From Candidatus Enterousia sp. (GTDB lineage: Bacteria > Pseudomonadota > Alphaproteobacteria > Rs-D84): a DNA stretch of 64,000 bases. Below the pieces are notes generated by a model. It did no database searches, was not told where the DNA came from, and saw nothing but the letters and a program-made list of their open reading frames with translations. Where the stretch lies: contig JBGUKY010000008.1 in NCBI GenBank assembly GCA_045114635.1, positions 39,712 through 103,711 on the forward strand. Reading direction: 5' to 3'. Shown piece by piece: positions 1-9,546 of the stretch. Position 1 is the stretch's first letter, and every line of letters begins with the position of its first letter. The position numbers and the translations under genes are program-made.

Positions 1-534
1 AAATTGAAGGCCAAGAAATTACGTTTCATTTTAAACAGCATAAATGAAAATATGAAAAAATATTTATTCATAAAAACATTTATCTCTGCTGCAACTGGAT
101 TGGGAGCATACATATTGTTGCGTATCATAGGATTAGAATATGCATCTGTTTGGGCATTTATAATTTTCATCTTAAATTATATTCCAACACTTGGTTCCAT
201 ATTCGCATGCGCTTTGCCAATTTTATACGCATTGATAAGTGGCGATACTTGGCATCTGCCAGTGTTTACAGCAATATCATTAATTGGCTTGGAAACCATC
301 TTTGGAAATATACTTGATCCAAAATTAACAGGACACACATTGAATATATCCACACTTGCCATATTGATAAACTTGGTATTCTGGGGAATGATTTGGGGAT
401 TGGCCGGAATGTTTTTCAGCGTTCCTATTTTGGTGGCAGTATATATCACTACCGCACAGTTTTCATCAACCCGTTGGATTGCAACATTACTTTCAAGTGA
501 TGGAAAAATACCAGATGAAACACAAAACGATTAA
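1..534 (+). CDS. AI-2E family transporter (PerM-like), C-terminal part; 5' end outside the window
   Basis: The ORF is open to the window edge in frame 1. It is multi-TM, with 'FWGMIWGLAGMFFSVPILV' typical of AI-2E permeases. The TTG at 4 is an ORF-caller artefact. Confidence 0.7.
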   Translation, partial: KLKAKKLRFILNSINENMKKYLFIKTFISAATGLGAYILLRIIGLEYASVWAFIIFILNYIPTLGSIFACALPILYALISGDTWHLPVFTAISLIGLETIFGNILDPKLTGHTLNISTLAILINLVFWGMIWGLAGMFFSVPILVAVYITTAQFSSTRWIATLLSSDGKIPDETQND

Positions 535-977
535 TTTCGTTTTAAAACAGCAATCGCATTTTCAAGGATTATTTTTGCAGACACAGAATCAAGCTCTTGC
601 TTGATTTTTGTGATGCTTTTGCGCCCTATTTCTTCCTGAGCAGCGGCACTGGTAAGGTTTTCTTCAATGAAAATTATCGGTAAATCTGTATTGTTCGACA
701 AGTTTTTCGCGAATTCACGAACCTGTTTTGTTGTATCAGAATCTGTCCCATCAGAAAACAATGGCAAACCGATAACAATGCCAGATATCTTATCTTCACC
801 GATAATGGCCATGACCTGTTGAATTAACTCATCTTGGGTTTTGATGTATAACTGTGGTCTGGCAAACACAAAATCACGATTTTCGTCTGATACGGCAACC
901 CCACATCTGCGAAGTCCCCAATCCAGAGATAATATGCGCCCACTACGCGGAAAATCCTTGTAATCAGATAAAATCAT
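531..977 (-). CDS. ruvX: Holliday junction resolvase-like nuclease RuvX/YqgF
   Basis: 148 aa with the N-terminal 'ILSLDWGLRRCGVAVSD' YqgF/RNase H-like motif. It has a 4-nt convergent overlap with the transporter gene. Confidence 0.85.
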   Translation of the reverse strand: MILSDYKDFPRSGRILSLDWGLRRCGVAVSDENRDFVFARPQLYIKTQDELIQQVMAIIGEDKISGIVIGLPLFSDGTDSDTTKQVREFAKNLSNNTDLPIIFIEENLTSAAAQEEIGRKSITKIKQELDSVSAKIILENAIAVLKRN

Positions 978-1014
978 TGTATAATTCCTTGGTACTTAAA
1001 TAATAGGATTCAAA

Positions 1015-1311
1015 ATGGCATTTAGCAAGCAACAATTACATAAATTTACAGATTTAATTAAAATCGATATTTCTGATGAAAAACTGGATCAAATGAATAT
1101 TGATTCTGTTGTTGAATGGTTGGATAAATTACAGCAAATTGATACGACTGGCGTAAAACCAATGTTAAACCCGGCCGAACACAAATTACCACTGCGTGAA
1201 GATGTTGTCACAGAACCAAATATGCGTGATAAAATTATGACAAACACACCAGATACAGCTGGCGTTTCACGTGGTTATTTTGCAGTGCCAAAAATCATGG
1301 ACGAAGAATAA
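1015..1311 (+). CDS. gatC: Asp/Glu-tRNA amidotransferase subunit C
   Basis: 98 aa, of GatC size and pattern. It lies immediately upstream of gatA with a 2-nt gap. Confidence 0.85.
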   Translation: MAFSKQQLHKFTDLIKIDISDEKLDQMNIDSVVEWLDKLQQIDTTGVKPMLNPAEHKLPLREDVVTEPNMRDKIMTNTPDTAGVSRGYFAVPKIMDEE

Positions 1312-1313
1312 AG

Positions 1314-2792
1314 GTGACGACGATGATAAACTTAACAATCAAAGAAGCTTTACAAAAATTAAAAAGTCGTGAAATTTCTGCCACTGATTTGACACGCGCC
1401 TATTTGAATCGTATTGAACAATTTGGCAAAGATTTGAATTGCTATATCACCGTTACACCAGAACGCGCGCTAAGTGACGCTACTGCATCTGATGAACGTT
1501 ATGCAAACGGCAATGCCCTTCCTTTAGATGGTATGCCAATCGCAATGAAAGATTTATTTGCAACGCGTGGTATTCGCACAACTGCTGCATCACGTATGCT
1601 TGAAAACTTTGTCCCAGAATATGAATCAACAGTATCACAAAAATTCATTGATGCCGGAACAGTCTTGTTGGGCAAAGCAAACCTTGATGAATTCGCTATG
1701 GGGACATTTTCAAAGACATCTTTCTTTGGTGCACCTGTAAACCCATGGCAAATGGAAAAAAGATTAACAGCCGGTGGTTCATCTGGTGGTTCAACAAGTG
1801 CTGTTGCCGGTGGACTTGCTATCGCTGCGACAGGAACCGATACAGGCGGATCAATTCGTTTTCCATCTGCGATGACAGGTTTGGTTGGTATGAAACCAAC
1901 CTACGGTTTATGTTCACGTTGGGGATGTGTTGCATTTGCTTCAAGTTTGGATACACCTGGCCCAATCGCAAGAACAGTTGAAGACGCTGCTTTGATGTTG
2001 GCAGCTATGGCTGGACATGATCCAAAAGATTCAACAAGTTCACCAAAGGCACATTTTGAAACAGATGGTAATTTACAACCTGTATTGGGTGATGGTAAAA
2101 AATTACGTATCGGCATAATCAAAGAATTCAACAATGTAAAAATATCTGACGATATGAAAACATTGTTTGAAAAACGAATCGCAGATTTGAAATCTTTGGG
2201 TGCTGAAATTGTCGAAGTTTCAATTCCAAATATTTTGGATGCTTTGGCGGCTTACTATATTATTGCTCCAGCAGAAGCATCTTCAAACCTTGCACGGTAT
2301 GATGGTATGAGATATGGTTTGCGTGTCGAAGGTGATGGCCCATATGATACATACAAAAAGACACGTGCTGCTGGGTTTGGCGAAGAAGTTCAACGCCGTA
2401 TGATTATCGGTACCGCTGTGTTATCATCTGAATCTTACGAAGTATATTTTATGCAGGCTGCACGCGTACGTCGTATGATTGCAGACAGTTTTAATTCCGC
2501 ATTTGAACAATGTGATTTAATTATCTGTCCGTCAAGCGCAGGCACGGCATTACCACTTGATTCAGATTTAACACCATTGGAATATTACGCGTTGGATTTG
2601 TTCACTGTGGCTATGAATTTGGCTGGTATCCCTGCATGTAGTGTTCCATGTGGTTTGGCACAAAATGGTTTACCACTCGGTATGCAAGTTGTTGGTCCAA
2701 GATTCAGCGATATGCGTGTTTTACAACTCGCAAAGCACATCGAAGATTGTGCCGCAATTGATAATCAACCAACAAAAATTATGGGGAAATAA
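1314..2792 (+). CDS. gatA: Asp/Glu-tRNA amidotransferase subunit A
   Basis: Amidase signature 'GGSSGGSTSAVAGG' and 'GTDTGGSIRFPSA'. The track start is a GTG at 1314; the ATG at 1323 with AAGG about 8 nt upstream is an equally plausible start. Confidence 0.93.
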   Translation: MTTMINLTIKEALQKLKSREISATDLTRAYLNRIEQFGKDLNCYITVTPERALSDATASDERYANGNALPLDGMPIAMKDLFATRGIRTTAASRMLENFVPEYESTVSQKFIDAGTVLLGKANLDEFAMGTFSKTSFFGAPVNPWQMEKRLTAGGSSGGSTSAVAGGLAIAATGTDTGGSIRFPSAMTGLVGMKPTYGLCSRWGCVAFASSLDTPGPIARTVEDAALMLAAMAGHDPKDSTSSPKAHFETDGNLQPVLGDGKKLRIGIIKEFNNVKISDDMKTLFEKRIADLKSLGAEIVEVSIPNILDALAAYYIIAPAEASSNLARYDGMRYGLRVEGDGPYDTYKKTRAAGFGEEVQRRMIIGTAVLSSESYEVYFMQAARVRRMIADSFNSAFEQCDLIICPSSAGTALPLDSDLTPLEYYALDLFTVAMNLAGIPACSVPCGLAQNGLPLGMQVVGPRFSDMRVLQLAKHIEDCAAIDNQPTKIMGK

Positions 2793-2796
2793 AAAA

Positions 2797-2872
2797 TGGT
2801 GGCTGGAAGTAGAATCGAACTACTGACACAGGGATTTTCAGTCCCTTGCTCTACCAACTGAGCTATCCAGCC
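2797..2872 (-). tRNA. tRNA-Phe (GAA), CCA encoded
   Basis: The reverse complement folds as a 76-nt cloverleaf: GGCTGGA-TA-GCTC-AGTTGGTA-GAGC-A-AGGGA-CTGAAAA-TCCCT-GTGTC-AGTAG-TTCGATT-CTACT-TCCAGCC-A-CCA. The acceptor stem has 7 perfect pairs and the anticodon is GAA. Confidence 0.92.
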
Positions 2873-2923
2873 AACGGGTGCTATAATAAGATACAAAAAA
2901 CAAAAAAGCAAGGAAAAAGAAAA

Positions 2924-4450
2924 ATGTTTACGATAAAAGGCAAAACAACAGATTGGGAAGTAGTTATTGGTTTGGAAACTCATATAGAGGTTTTATCCAA
3001 CAGTAAATTGTTCAGTGGCGCATCTGCTGATTATAATCCAACAGTTGCCCCTAATACCCAAGCATGTATGATTGATGTCGCAATGCCTGGAATGTTGCCA
3101 GTATTGAACAAATACTGTGTTGAACAGGCAATTAAATTTGGATTGGGGATAAATGCAGAAATATCAAAACATTCTAAATTTGCCCGTAAACAGTATTTTT
3201 ACCCTGACCTGCCCCAAGGTTATCAGATTTCACAGCCAGCCGAAGAACCACCTGTGGTTGGTCGTGGCTGGGTTGAAATTATGGGCGACGATGGAAAACC
3301 AAAAAAGATTTTAATTGAACGCGCACATATGGAACAAGATGCCGCGAAAAACAAACACGATATGCATCCAACAAAATCTTTCGTTGACTACAACAGAACC
3401 GGTGTTATGTTGCTTGAAATTGTAACATTTTTGGACACAAAAAATCCTGAAAACAATTCTTATATAACATCACCTGATGAAGCAGAAAGATATCTTCGTC
3501 AAATTCGTGAAATCGCGCGTGCACTTGGCGTATCCAAGGCAAACATGGAAGAAGGTTCAATGCGTGCGGACGTTAATGTATCTGTTCGTCCTGTGGGTTC
3601 AAAAACATTTGGCACACGTACAGAAACAAAAAATATGGTATCTTTTAAATTTATTAAAACCGCCATTGAATATGAAGCACGCCGTCAGATAGAAATACTT
3701 GAAAACGGTGGAACAGTTTCTCAAGATACTATGCGTTATCACCAAGACGATGGAACTACATCCGTAGAACGTAGCAAAGAAGATGCGCTTGATTATCGTT
3801 ATTTCCCAGATCCAGATTTGTTGGAACTCGAAATCACAGACGAAGAAATTGAACGCATTCGTAAAACAATGCCTGAATTACCAACCGCAACACGCGCAAG
3901 ATATATAAATGAATACGGTTTGTCTGAATACGATGCAAATCGTTTAACAGAAACAGTCGATATTTCACATTGGTATGACGCAGCAGTAAATGGCAATTCA
4001 GCACGTGCAAAACCGGTTGCGAACTGGATGATATCTGAATTGTTTGCGCATCCTGAAAACTTTGATATTGAAAATCAAATCAAAGAAAACAGCGATCCTG
4101 ATGCACCACGCATTATTACACCTGAAAACATTGCTGAATTGGTTGATATGATAGCAAGCAACGAAATCAATGGTAAACAAGCAAAAGATATCTTTATCAA
4201 AATGCTTGATGGTGAACGTGGAACCATTCACGAAATTGCAGATAAATATGGCATGAAACAAATCACTGATACTGGTGCAATTGAATCAGCGGTGGATGAA
4301 GTTATCAAAAATAATCCATCCCAGGTTGAACAATATAAATCTGGCAAAGTTGGTTTACTTGGTTTCTTTGTTGGTAATGTTATGAAGGCAACACATGGTC
4401 AAGCAAATCCAGCAATGGTAAGCGATTTATTAAAACAAAAATTGGGATAA
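2924..4450 (+). CDS. gatB: Asp/Glu-tRNA amidotransferase subunit B
   Basis: 'DWEVVIGLETHIEVLSNSKLF' is a typical GatB N-terminus, and the C-terminal YqeY-like tail is present. The true start is the ATG at 2924, preceded by AGGAAAAAGA. The track start at 2846 runs through the antisense tRNA. Confidence 0.93.
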   Translation: MFTIKGKTTDWEVVIGLETHIEVLSNSKLFSGASADYNPTVAPNTQACMIDVAMPGMLPVLNKYCVEQAIKFGLGINAEISKHSKFARKQYFYPDLPQGYQISQPAEEPPVVGRGWVEIMGDDGKPKKILIERAHMEQDAAKNKHDMHPTKSFVDYNRTGVMLLEIVTFLDTKNPENNSYITSPDEAERYLRQIREIARALGVSKANMEEGSMRADVNVSVRPVGSKTFGTRTETKNMVSFKFIKTAIEYEARRQIEILENGGTVSQDTMRYHQDDGTTSVERSKEDALDYRYFPDPDLLELEITDEEIERIRKTMPELPTATRARYINEYGLSEYDANRLTETVDISHWYDAAVNGNSARAKPVANWMISELFAHPENFDIENQIKENSDPDAPRIITPENIAELVDMIASNEINGKQAKDIFIKMLDGERGTIHEIADKYGMKQITDTGAIESAVDEVIKNNPSQVEQYKSGKVGLLGFFVGNVMKATHGQANPAMVSDLLKQKLG

Positions 4451-4453
4451 ACT

Positions 4454-4636
4454 ATGAAAGATATGGTTCATGCCCTTGCATTAATTAATCGTGAAATGCT
4501 TAATTTAGCTGCGCTTGTAAAGATTGATAGTTCTGCAAAGAACAAACAATACAAATCTTTGCATGATGCTTATACCAAGGCACGTGCTAGACAATATCAA
4601 CAACGGCGCAACATGATAAGAACAAGATATAAATAA
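4454..4636 (+). CDS. hypothetical small basic protein (60 aa)
   Basis: The ORF starts 3 nt after the gatB stop. It has a basic C-terminus (RARQYQQRRNMIRTRYK) and no recognisable family. Confidence 0.35.
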   Translation: MKDMVHALALINREMLNLAALVKIDSSAKNKQYKSLHDAYTKARARQYQQRRNMIRTRYK

Positions 4637-4649
4637 AAAAATATAAAAA

Positions 4650-5105
4650 ATGAAAGCAATAACAATTATTGAAAATAATCGTGTGACAGGTATTGTATAT
4701 GGTACTGTCGAAATTGGCACAACAGTAAAAACTGTTCCATATAAAAAAACAACTAATAAAAAAGTTTCTGTAAATAAAACAACAAAAGCAAAACGTTCAA
4801 ATATTCGCACAAACACTTATCAAAAAACTAAAAAAAGTGTAATTTTGAGTCCTATTACAAATGCGATAGAATTTAGGGTATTGTATCAAATTAAAAGTCC
4901 TGTTGCAAAATCTGATGCCGAAGCACATTATAAAAAACTTTTGAAAAAACATACAAATAAACGTCTTCGCAAATTTATTCTGCCAGAAGATAAAGAAGTT
5001 ATAAATGAAGCGATGTCCAAATCGCATGAACTTCGTCTGCAACACGAAGAACATATTTTAAAACAACAGCAAATAAAATCTGCCTGGGAACAATATCAAA
5101 AATAA
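4650..5105 (+). CDS. hypothetical lysine-rich protein (151 aa)
   Basis: Intact ORF in the gatB-miaB same-strand series. It is K/T/N-rich and basic, with no recognisable motif. Confidence 0.5.
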   Translation: MKAITIIENNRVTGIVYGTVEIGTTVKTVPYKKTTNKKVSVNKTTKAKRSNIRTNTYQKTKKSVILSPITNAIEFRVLYQIKSPVAKSDAEAHYKKLLKKHTNKRLRKFILPEDKEVINEAMSKSHELRLQHEEHILKQQQIKSAWEQYQK

Positions 5106-5116
5106 AGAATTAAAAA

Positions 5117-5452
5117 ATGCAAAATATCATCGTTTTTATTTCACCAAATATTCATCCAGTGGTACATGACAAAATCGTGGACATTTTGTTAACTCATCAA
5201 ATACAAATTACAAACAATATAGATAACGCAACAATTATAATTGATGAAACAAACGATATACAGAAGTCATTGGACGATGTATTTATGCATTTAAAAACAA
5301 AACCTTTTGAATTGCATATATATCCAAGTGAATTAGCAATTACCAAAAAAGACAAAATAAAACACTTTGTTCAACGCGATATTAACATTAAACGTTTTAA
5401 TAAAGTAAAACAATTTAACAGACAAAAAACATATAACCCAAGACACAGATAA
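5117..5452 (+). CDS. hypothetical protein (111 aa) with basic C-terminal tail
   Basis: Intact ORF ending 5 nt before the miaB start. No recognisable motif. Confidence 0.5.
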   Translation: MQNIIVFISPNIHPVVHDKIVDILLTHQIQITNNIDNATIIIDETNDIQKSLDDVFMHLKTKPFELHIYPSELAITKKDKIKHFVQRDINIKRFNKVKQFNRQKTYNPRHR

Positions 5453-5457
5453 AAAAA

Positions 5458-6759
5458 ATGCAAAAATTTTTTATACAAACTTTTGGTTGTCAAATGAATG
5501 TATATGACGGACAAAGAATTGCCGCCATGCTGGAAAAACACGGACTTACACAAACGGATAGTATTAGTAATGCCGACATAATAATACTTAACACATGTGC
5601 AGTACGCGCAAAGGCAACAGACAAAGTTTATTCTGCATTGGGACGCATAAGACGCGCAAAAAAAGAAACAGCCCTGCTTGGTATTGTTGGGTGTGTTGCA
5701 CGTGAATCAGGGAGTGATGCTTTCAAACGCATACCTGAATTAAACTTCGTTCTTGGACCACAAAGTTATCATAAATTACCAGAAATTATAAAGAACCCAG
5801 ACACTAAATTATTAAATATAGATTTAGGCGGTCTTGAAAAGTTTGATGAATTGCCACAAATGACAAAATCTCCACTGGTTGCATATATCCCAATTCAAGA
5901 AGGATGTAACCATTGTTGCACATATTGTATTGTTCCGTATACACGTGGTCGCGAATTATCACGTCCTTTTAATGATGTTATAAAAGATACTATCAATGCC
6001 GCAAAAACTGGTGCAATTGAAATATGTTTCCTTGGGCAAAATGTCAATGGATATAAATACACAGATGAAAATGGTAATCTTTATAAATTATCTGATTTGA
6101 TTCGCGAAACTGCTAAACTGCCAGAAATAAGCCGTATACGTTTCACATCAAGTTACCCAACAGAAATGAGCGATGACCTTATTGAAATGTTTGGTGTCGA
6201 ACCTAAATTATTACCATTTTTGAATATGCCAATACAAAGTGGTTCGCCACGTGTATTAAAACGTATGAATAGACCTGATGATATAGAAGCATATAAGAAT
6301 ATTGTTAATAAGTTAAAAACTGTCCGTCCAGACATTCAAATTTCGTCTGATTTTATTGTCGGTTTTCCTGATGAAAGTGATGAAGATTTTGAACACACTT
6401 TGGATATTGCACATGAAATAAAATATATAAACTCTTATTCTTTTAAATATTCACCACGTCCACATACTGCGGCGGCATTAATGCCAAATCAGATATCAGA
6501 ACAAATAAAATCTGTTCGTCTTCAAAGATTAGATTTACAATTAAATGAAAACCAACGCGAATTTAATATGTCTTGTATCGGCAAAGAAATGGTTTGTTTG
6601 TATGAAAGCGTTGATAAAACAGGAAAGCATCTTGTATTCCGTACGCCATATATGCAGCAATGCATTGTTGATAAACCAGACAATGAAATTGCACCATTAC
6701 AAAAAATAAAAATTACAGATGCAAACAAATCATGTCTGCGCGGTGAAATAATCAAATAA
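5458..6759 (+). CDS. miaB: tRNA-2-methylthio-N6-dimethylallyladenosine synthase
   Basis: N-terminal 'TFGCQMNVYD' (UPF0004 cluster), the radical-SAM motif 'CNHCCTYCIVP', and a TRAM-like C-terminus. Confidence 0.9.
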   Translation: MQKFFIQTFGCQMNVYDGQRIAAMLEKHGLTQTDSISNADIIILNTCAVRAKATDKVYSALGRIRRAKKETALLGIVGCVARESGSDAFKRIPELNFVLGPQSYHKLPEIIKNPDTKLLNIDLGGLEKFDELPQMTKSPLVAYIPIQEGCNHCCTYCIVPYTRGRELSRPFNDVIKDTINAAKTGAIEICFLGQNVNGYKYTDENGNLYKLSDLIRETAKLPEISRIRFTSSYPTEMSDDLIEMFGVEPKLLPFLNMPIQSGSPRVLKRMNRPDDIEAYKNIVNKLKTVRPDIQISSDFIVGFPDESDEDFEHTLDIAHEIKYINSYSFKYSPRPHTAAALMPNQISEQIKSVRLQRLDLQLNENQREFNMSCIGKEMVCLYESVDKTGKHLVFRTPYMQQCIVDKPDNEIAPLQKIKITDANKSCLRGEIIK

Positions 6760-6761
6760 AA

Positions 6762-8048
6762 TTAAAATTGAACTTTTGCGTTTAATGATAATTTATAATT
6801 CATGTCAAATTCATCTTTGAACATATCAATGGCTATAAATGCACCGGCATTATCCATAACAGATATAAAACCAGCATTTAACCCAAGATTCCAATAAGCC
6901 CGACTATTTATCGCGGTAGTTGCGCCGTATTCGTATTTGATACCATCTGATATAAAATTATATTTTGCCATTGTGCCAGCATGTAAATCTATATCAGAAT
7001 CCCTTTCATCCATAATATCAACATTTTGAAACATAATACCAACGAAAGGCGAAATTACAACTTCTGATATTTTCGTGTAATCGTATCCAATATCAAACCT
7101 TACATATTCAGATACACCGTTCGGATTATTTGAAACATTGCCGTTAACATAAATATCATCTGTATTAAAACTTGTACGATTAATACCAATTATTCCATCA
7201 AGCCAAATCAAATCTAGATATTGTCTTGCGCTGATATCAAGTCCATACGATATACCATCAAACTCATTAGTGTCATCTTGATAAGAAAAACGATTTATAT
7301 TACCCCCTATTTTGAAATATAAATCATCATATTTATCTGCAAAATAAATATGTCCACCATAATTGTTTATCTTATTAGAAAAAAGAACATCAATATCTGC
7401 ACCAGAATTACTACCCTGCTTTTTAGTTAAAAAGTTCAACATATTTGCACGATTGATTGTCTTGATCGGGTTCATCAAAACGGACGGATTAAAATGATAA
7501 GATGAATTCATTATCGAATTTATCTGATTCATATTGGACGCCCTGTCCATCGCTGCCAACATTTTATTATTCTGATTATTACTGCGCAGATTTTCAAGGA
7601 ATGTACCACGTGAATCTTTAAATACCTTTTGATAATTGGTTTCACGAACCAAATTCAAAAAGACATCATCATATACCGCAGTAAAACTTGTCCTGTATAA
7701 ACCATTTGAATCTTTGATTGTTATATCGTGCAACAGATCGTCACTTGTCAAGTGTGCAACTTTTGTACCGCTATTTACACTATCAATATTGTTTATATAC
7801 AATTTCACATCTGTTGTAAATTCAACTGTTGCCACCCAATTTTGCCAATCAGAAAAATTATTTATAACCACCGAAGAATTGGATATTACATATTTATCAG
7901 CAACAGTATCTGTAATATCTTCCAGTCGAATACGATCTAAATTTTCCACCTTTGCCACATGCTCTGTTCCAAAAGTTTCTACAGGAACCAATGCAAACGC
8001 ATCAGCACAAATAAACAACAGCAAAAGTGATACTAGGTATTTATTCAT
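6762..8048 (-). CDS. outer-membrane beta-barrel protein, autotransporter-beta-domain-like
   Basis: Signal peptide 'MNKYLVSLLLLFICADAFA'. The C-terminal half shows alternating beta-strand patterning and ends in '...LNAKVQF' (terminal Phe). Confidence 0.55.
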   Translation of the reverse strand: MNKYLVSLLLLFICADAFALVPVETFGTEHVAKVENLDRIRLEDITDTVADKYVISNSSVVINNFSDWQNWVATVEFTTDVKLYINNIDSVNSGTKVAHLTSDDLLHDITIKDSNGLYRTSFTAVYDDVFLNLVRETNYQKVFKDSRGTFLENLRSNNQNNKMLAAMDRASNMNQINSIMNSSYHFNPSVLMNPIKTINRANMLNFLTKKQGSNSGADIDVLFSNKINNYGGHIYFADKYDDLYFKIGGNINRFSYQDDTNEFDGISYGLDISARQYLDLIWLDGIIGINRTSFNTDDIYVNGNVSNNPNGVSEYVRFDIGYDYTKISEVVISPFVGIMFQNVDIMDERDSDIDLHAGTMAKYNFISDGIKYEYGATTAINSRAYWNLGLNAGFISVMDNAGAFIAIDMFKDEFDMNYKLSLNAKVQF

Positions 8049-8087
8049 AACACTTTTATACTAGCACACTGACATTTTTTTACACAA

Positions 8088-8113
8088 TAAAAAAAATCCC
8101 GCGTTACACGGGA
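8088..8113 (-). terminator. rho-independent terminator after the porin-family OMP gene
   Basis: On the minus strand, a hairpin with stem ATCCCG/CGGGAT is followed by T8. It lies 25 nt downstream of the stop at 8139. Confidence 0.5.
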
Positions 8114-8138
8114 TTTCAAAGCGAAACGAGGAAAGTTT

Positions 8139-8741
8139 TTAGAATTTATAACGAATACCAATATCACCACTGAAATCGTGCATTCCAGAAGCAACATCAA
8201 TATAATTATAACGTGCAGCGACTTCAACATTGAAACAACCAAAAGGCATTGATAATCCCAATGTTCCCATTGCTGAAAAGTTTGTATCAGATTTGCTTTG
8301 GTCTGCGGCCTGAATATCCAAGAAGGCAAGACCTGCACCAAATCCAACAAATGGTTGTATATAATGGAAATGCCATAAATCCATATATGCATTAGCCATC
8401 AATTCTATATTTTTGGATGATACGCCAACATTTTCAATATCACCAAATGCCCTATTTTTATTTCCTTTGGTAAAGAAAGATCCTTCAAGTTCCACACGTG
8501 TTTTGTCATATAAAGACAAACCTAATGCTGTACGAAGTTGATACACGTTTTGTGTTACATTTTCTTTTACGCCATTATAATCATAATTCAAACTACCGTA
8601 TGTAGCACCACCACGAAGCGCAACATATGGCAAAACATCCCAACCCAAAAAGCTGGATGTCTGTTGTTCATACATTTGACCACCTGCAAATGCTGGTGCG
8701 GCAAGTAATACTGCCATTGATGTGGCAATAAGTTTTTTCAT
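8139..8741 (-). CDS. porin-family / OmpA-like 8-stranded beta-barrel OMP
   Basis: The start is the ATG at 8741, preceded by GGAGAAACTT. Signal peptide 'MKKLIATSMAVLLAAPAFA'; C-terminus 'GIRYKF'. The pattern is like Omp25/OMP_b-brl proteins. Confidence 0.7.
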   Translation of the reverse strand: MKKLIATSMAVLLAAPAFAGGQMYEQQTSSFLGWDVLPYVALRGGATYGSLNYDYNGVKENVTQNVYQLRTALGLSLYDKTRVELEGSFFTKGNKNRAFGDIENVGVSSKNIELMANAYMDLWHFHYIQPFVGFGAGLAFLDIQAADQSKSDTNFSAMGTLGLSMPFGCFNVEVAARYNYIDVASGMHDFSGDIGIRYKF

Positions 8742-8871
8742 AAGTTTCTCCTTTTGTTGCTGATTAATCTCAACACTTGGTATTCTATCAAAAGACATAT
8801 AACATTTATATAGGTACATATCCCCATAGGATATGTGTCATAAGCCACAAAATCAGCCGCACACAAAAGAT

Positions 8872-9546
8872 TTAAGAAATCAATTTTTTAATAACAAAAT
8901 CTGCCAACATCAACCCAAAAGTTCCCGTTACAGTTATAACAGATCCAAATTCACGTCCACCGTTTTCTTGCGGACTTGCTATCTCTGTAGAATAAACAAC
9001 AGGAAAATCTTTCAGCTTTTCTTCCCTTACTACACGTCTTATTTTTGATGCCAGCGGACATACACTTGTTTTGGATATTTTATCAATTTTTATTTTTGAT
9101 ATATCTGTTTTACGCGCAGCCCCCATACTGGAAATAAAAGGCACATCATTTTTCAAACACCATTTATAAAGAGCTATTTTTGACGGAACAGTATCAATTG
9201 CATCAATAACGAAGTCAGGTTTATTGTCTATATTAGTTGCATCATCAAAAAACATATTCAATGCATCTACTGTTATATTTGGATTAATGTCATATATTCT
9301 TTGTTTTGCAACCTCAACCTTTGATTTTCCAATACAGGAATCAAGCGCAAACAATTGCCGATTTATATTTGATTCTTCTACTTTATCAAAATCTATTAAA
9401 ATGATATGCCCAACGCCACTACGTGCCAAGGCTTCTATTGCAAAAGAACCCACAGCCCCACATCCAACAACCATAACAGTGGATCGTTGTAATTTATTTA
9501 TTGCATCTTTGCCTAGTAATAAAGTTATTCTTTGCAATCTATCCAT
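8872..9546 (-). CDS. tcdA: ThiF/MoeB-family protein, tRNA threonylcarbamoyladenosine dehydratase-like
   Basis: Rossmann motif 'VVGCGAVGSFAIEALARSGVGHIILIDFDKVEESNINRQ', 224 aa. Confidence 0.72.
   Translation of the reverse strand: MDRLQRITLLLGKDAINKLQRSTVMVVGCGAVGSFAIEALARSGVGHIILIDFDKVEESNINRQLFALDSCIGKSKVEVAKQRIYDINPNITVDALNMFFDDATNIDNKPDFVIDAIDTVPSKIALYKWCLKNDVPFISSMGAARKTDISKIKIDKISKTSVCPLASKIRRVVREEKLKDFPVVYSTEIASPQENGGREFGSVITVTGTFGLMLADFVIKKLIS

Noticed and set aside
2846-2923. An N-terminal extension of gatB in the ORF track ('MLYQLSYPANGCYNK...').
   Set aside because: The extension is the reverse-complement reading of tRNA-Phe. The conserved GatB N-terminus starts at the ATG at 2924, which has a good RBS.
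8816-8836. An 8-bp perfect palindrome (ACATATCC-CCATA-GGATATGT) between tcdA and the porin-family gene.
   Set aside because: It could be a weak terminator for tcdA or an operator, but it is a single occurrence with no U-tract and no second copy. The evidence is insufficient to call a regulatory site.
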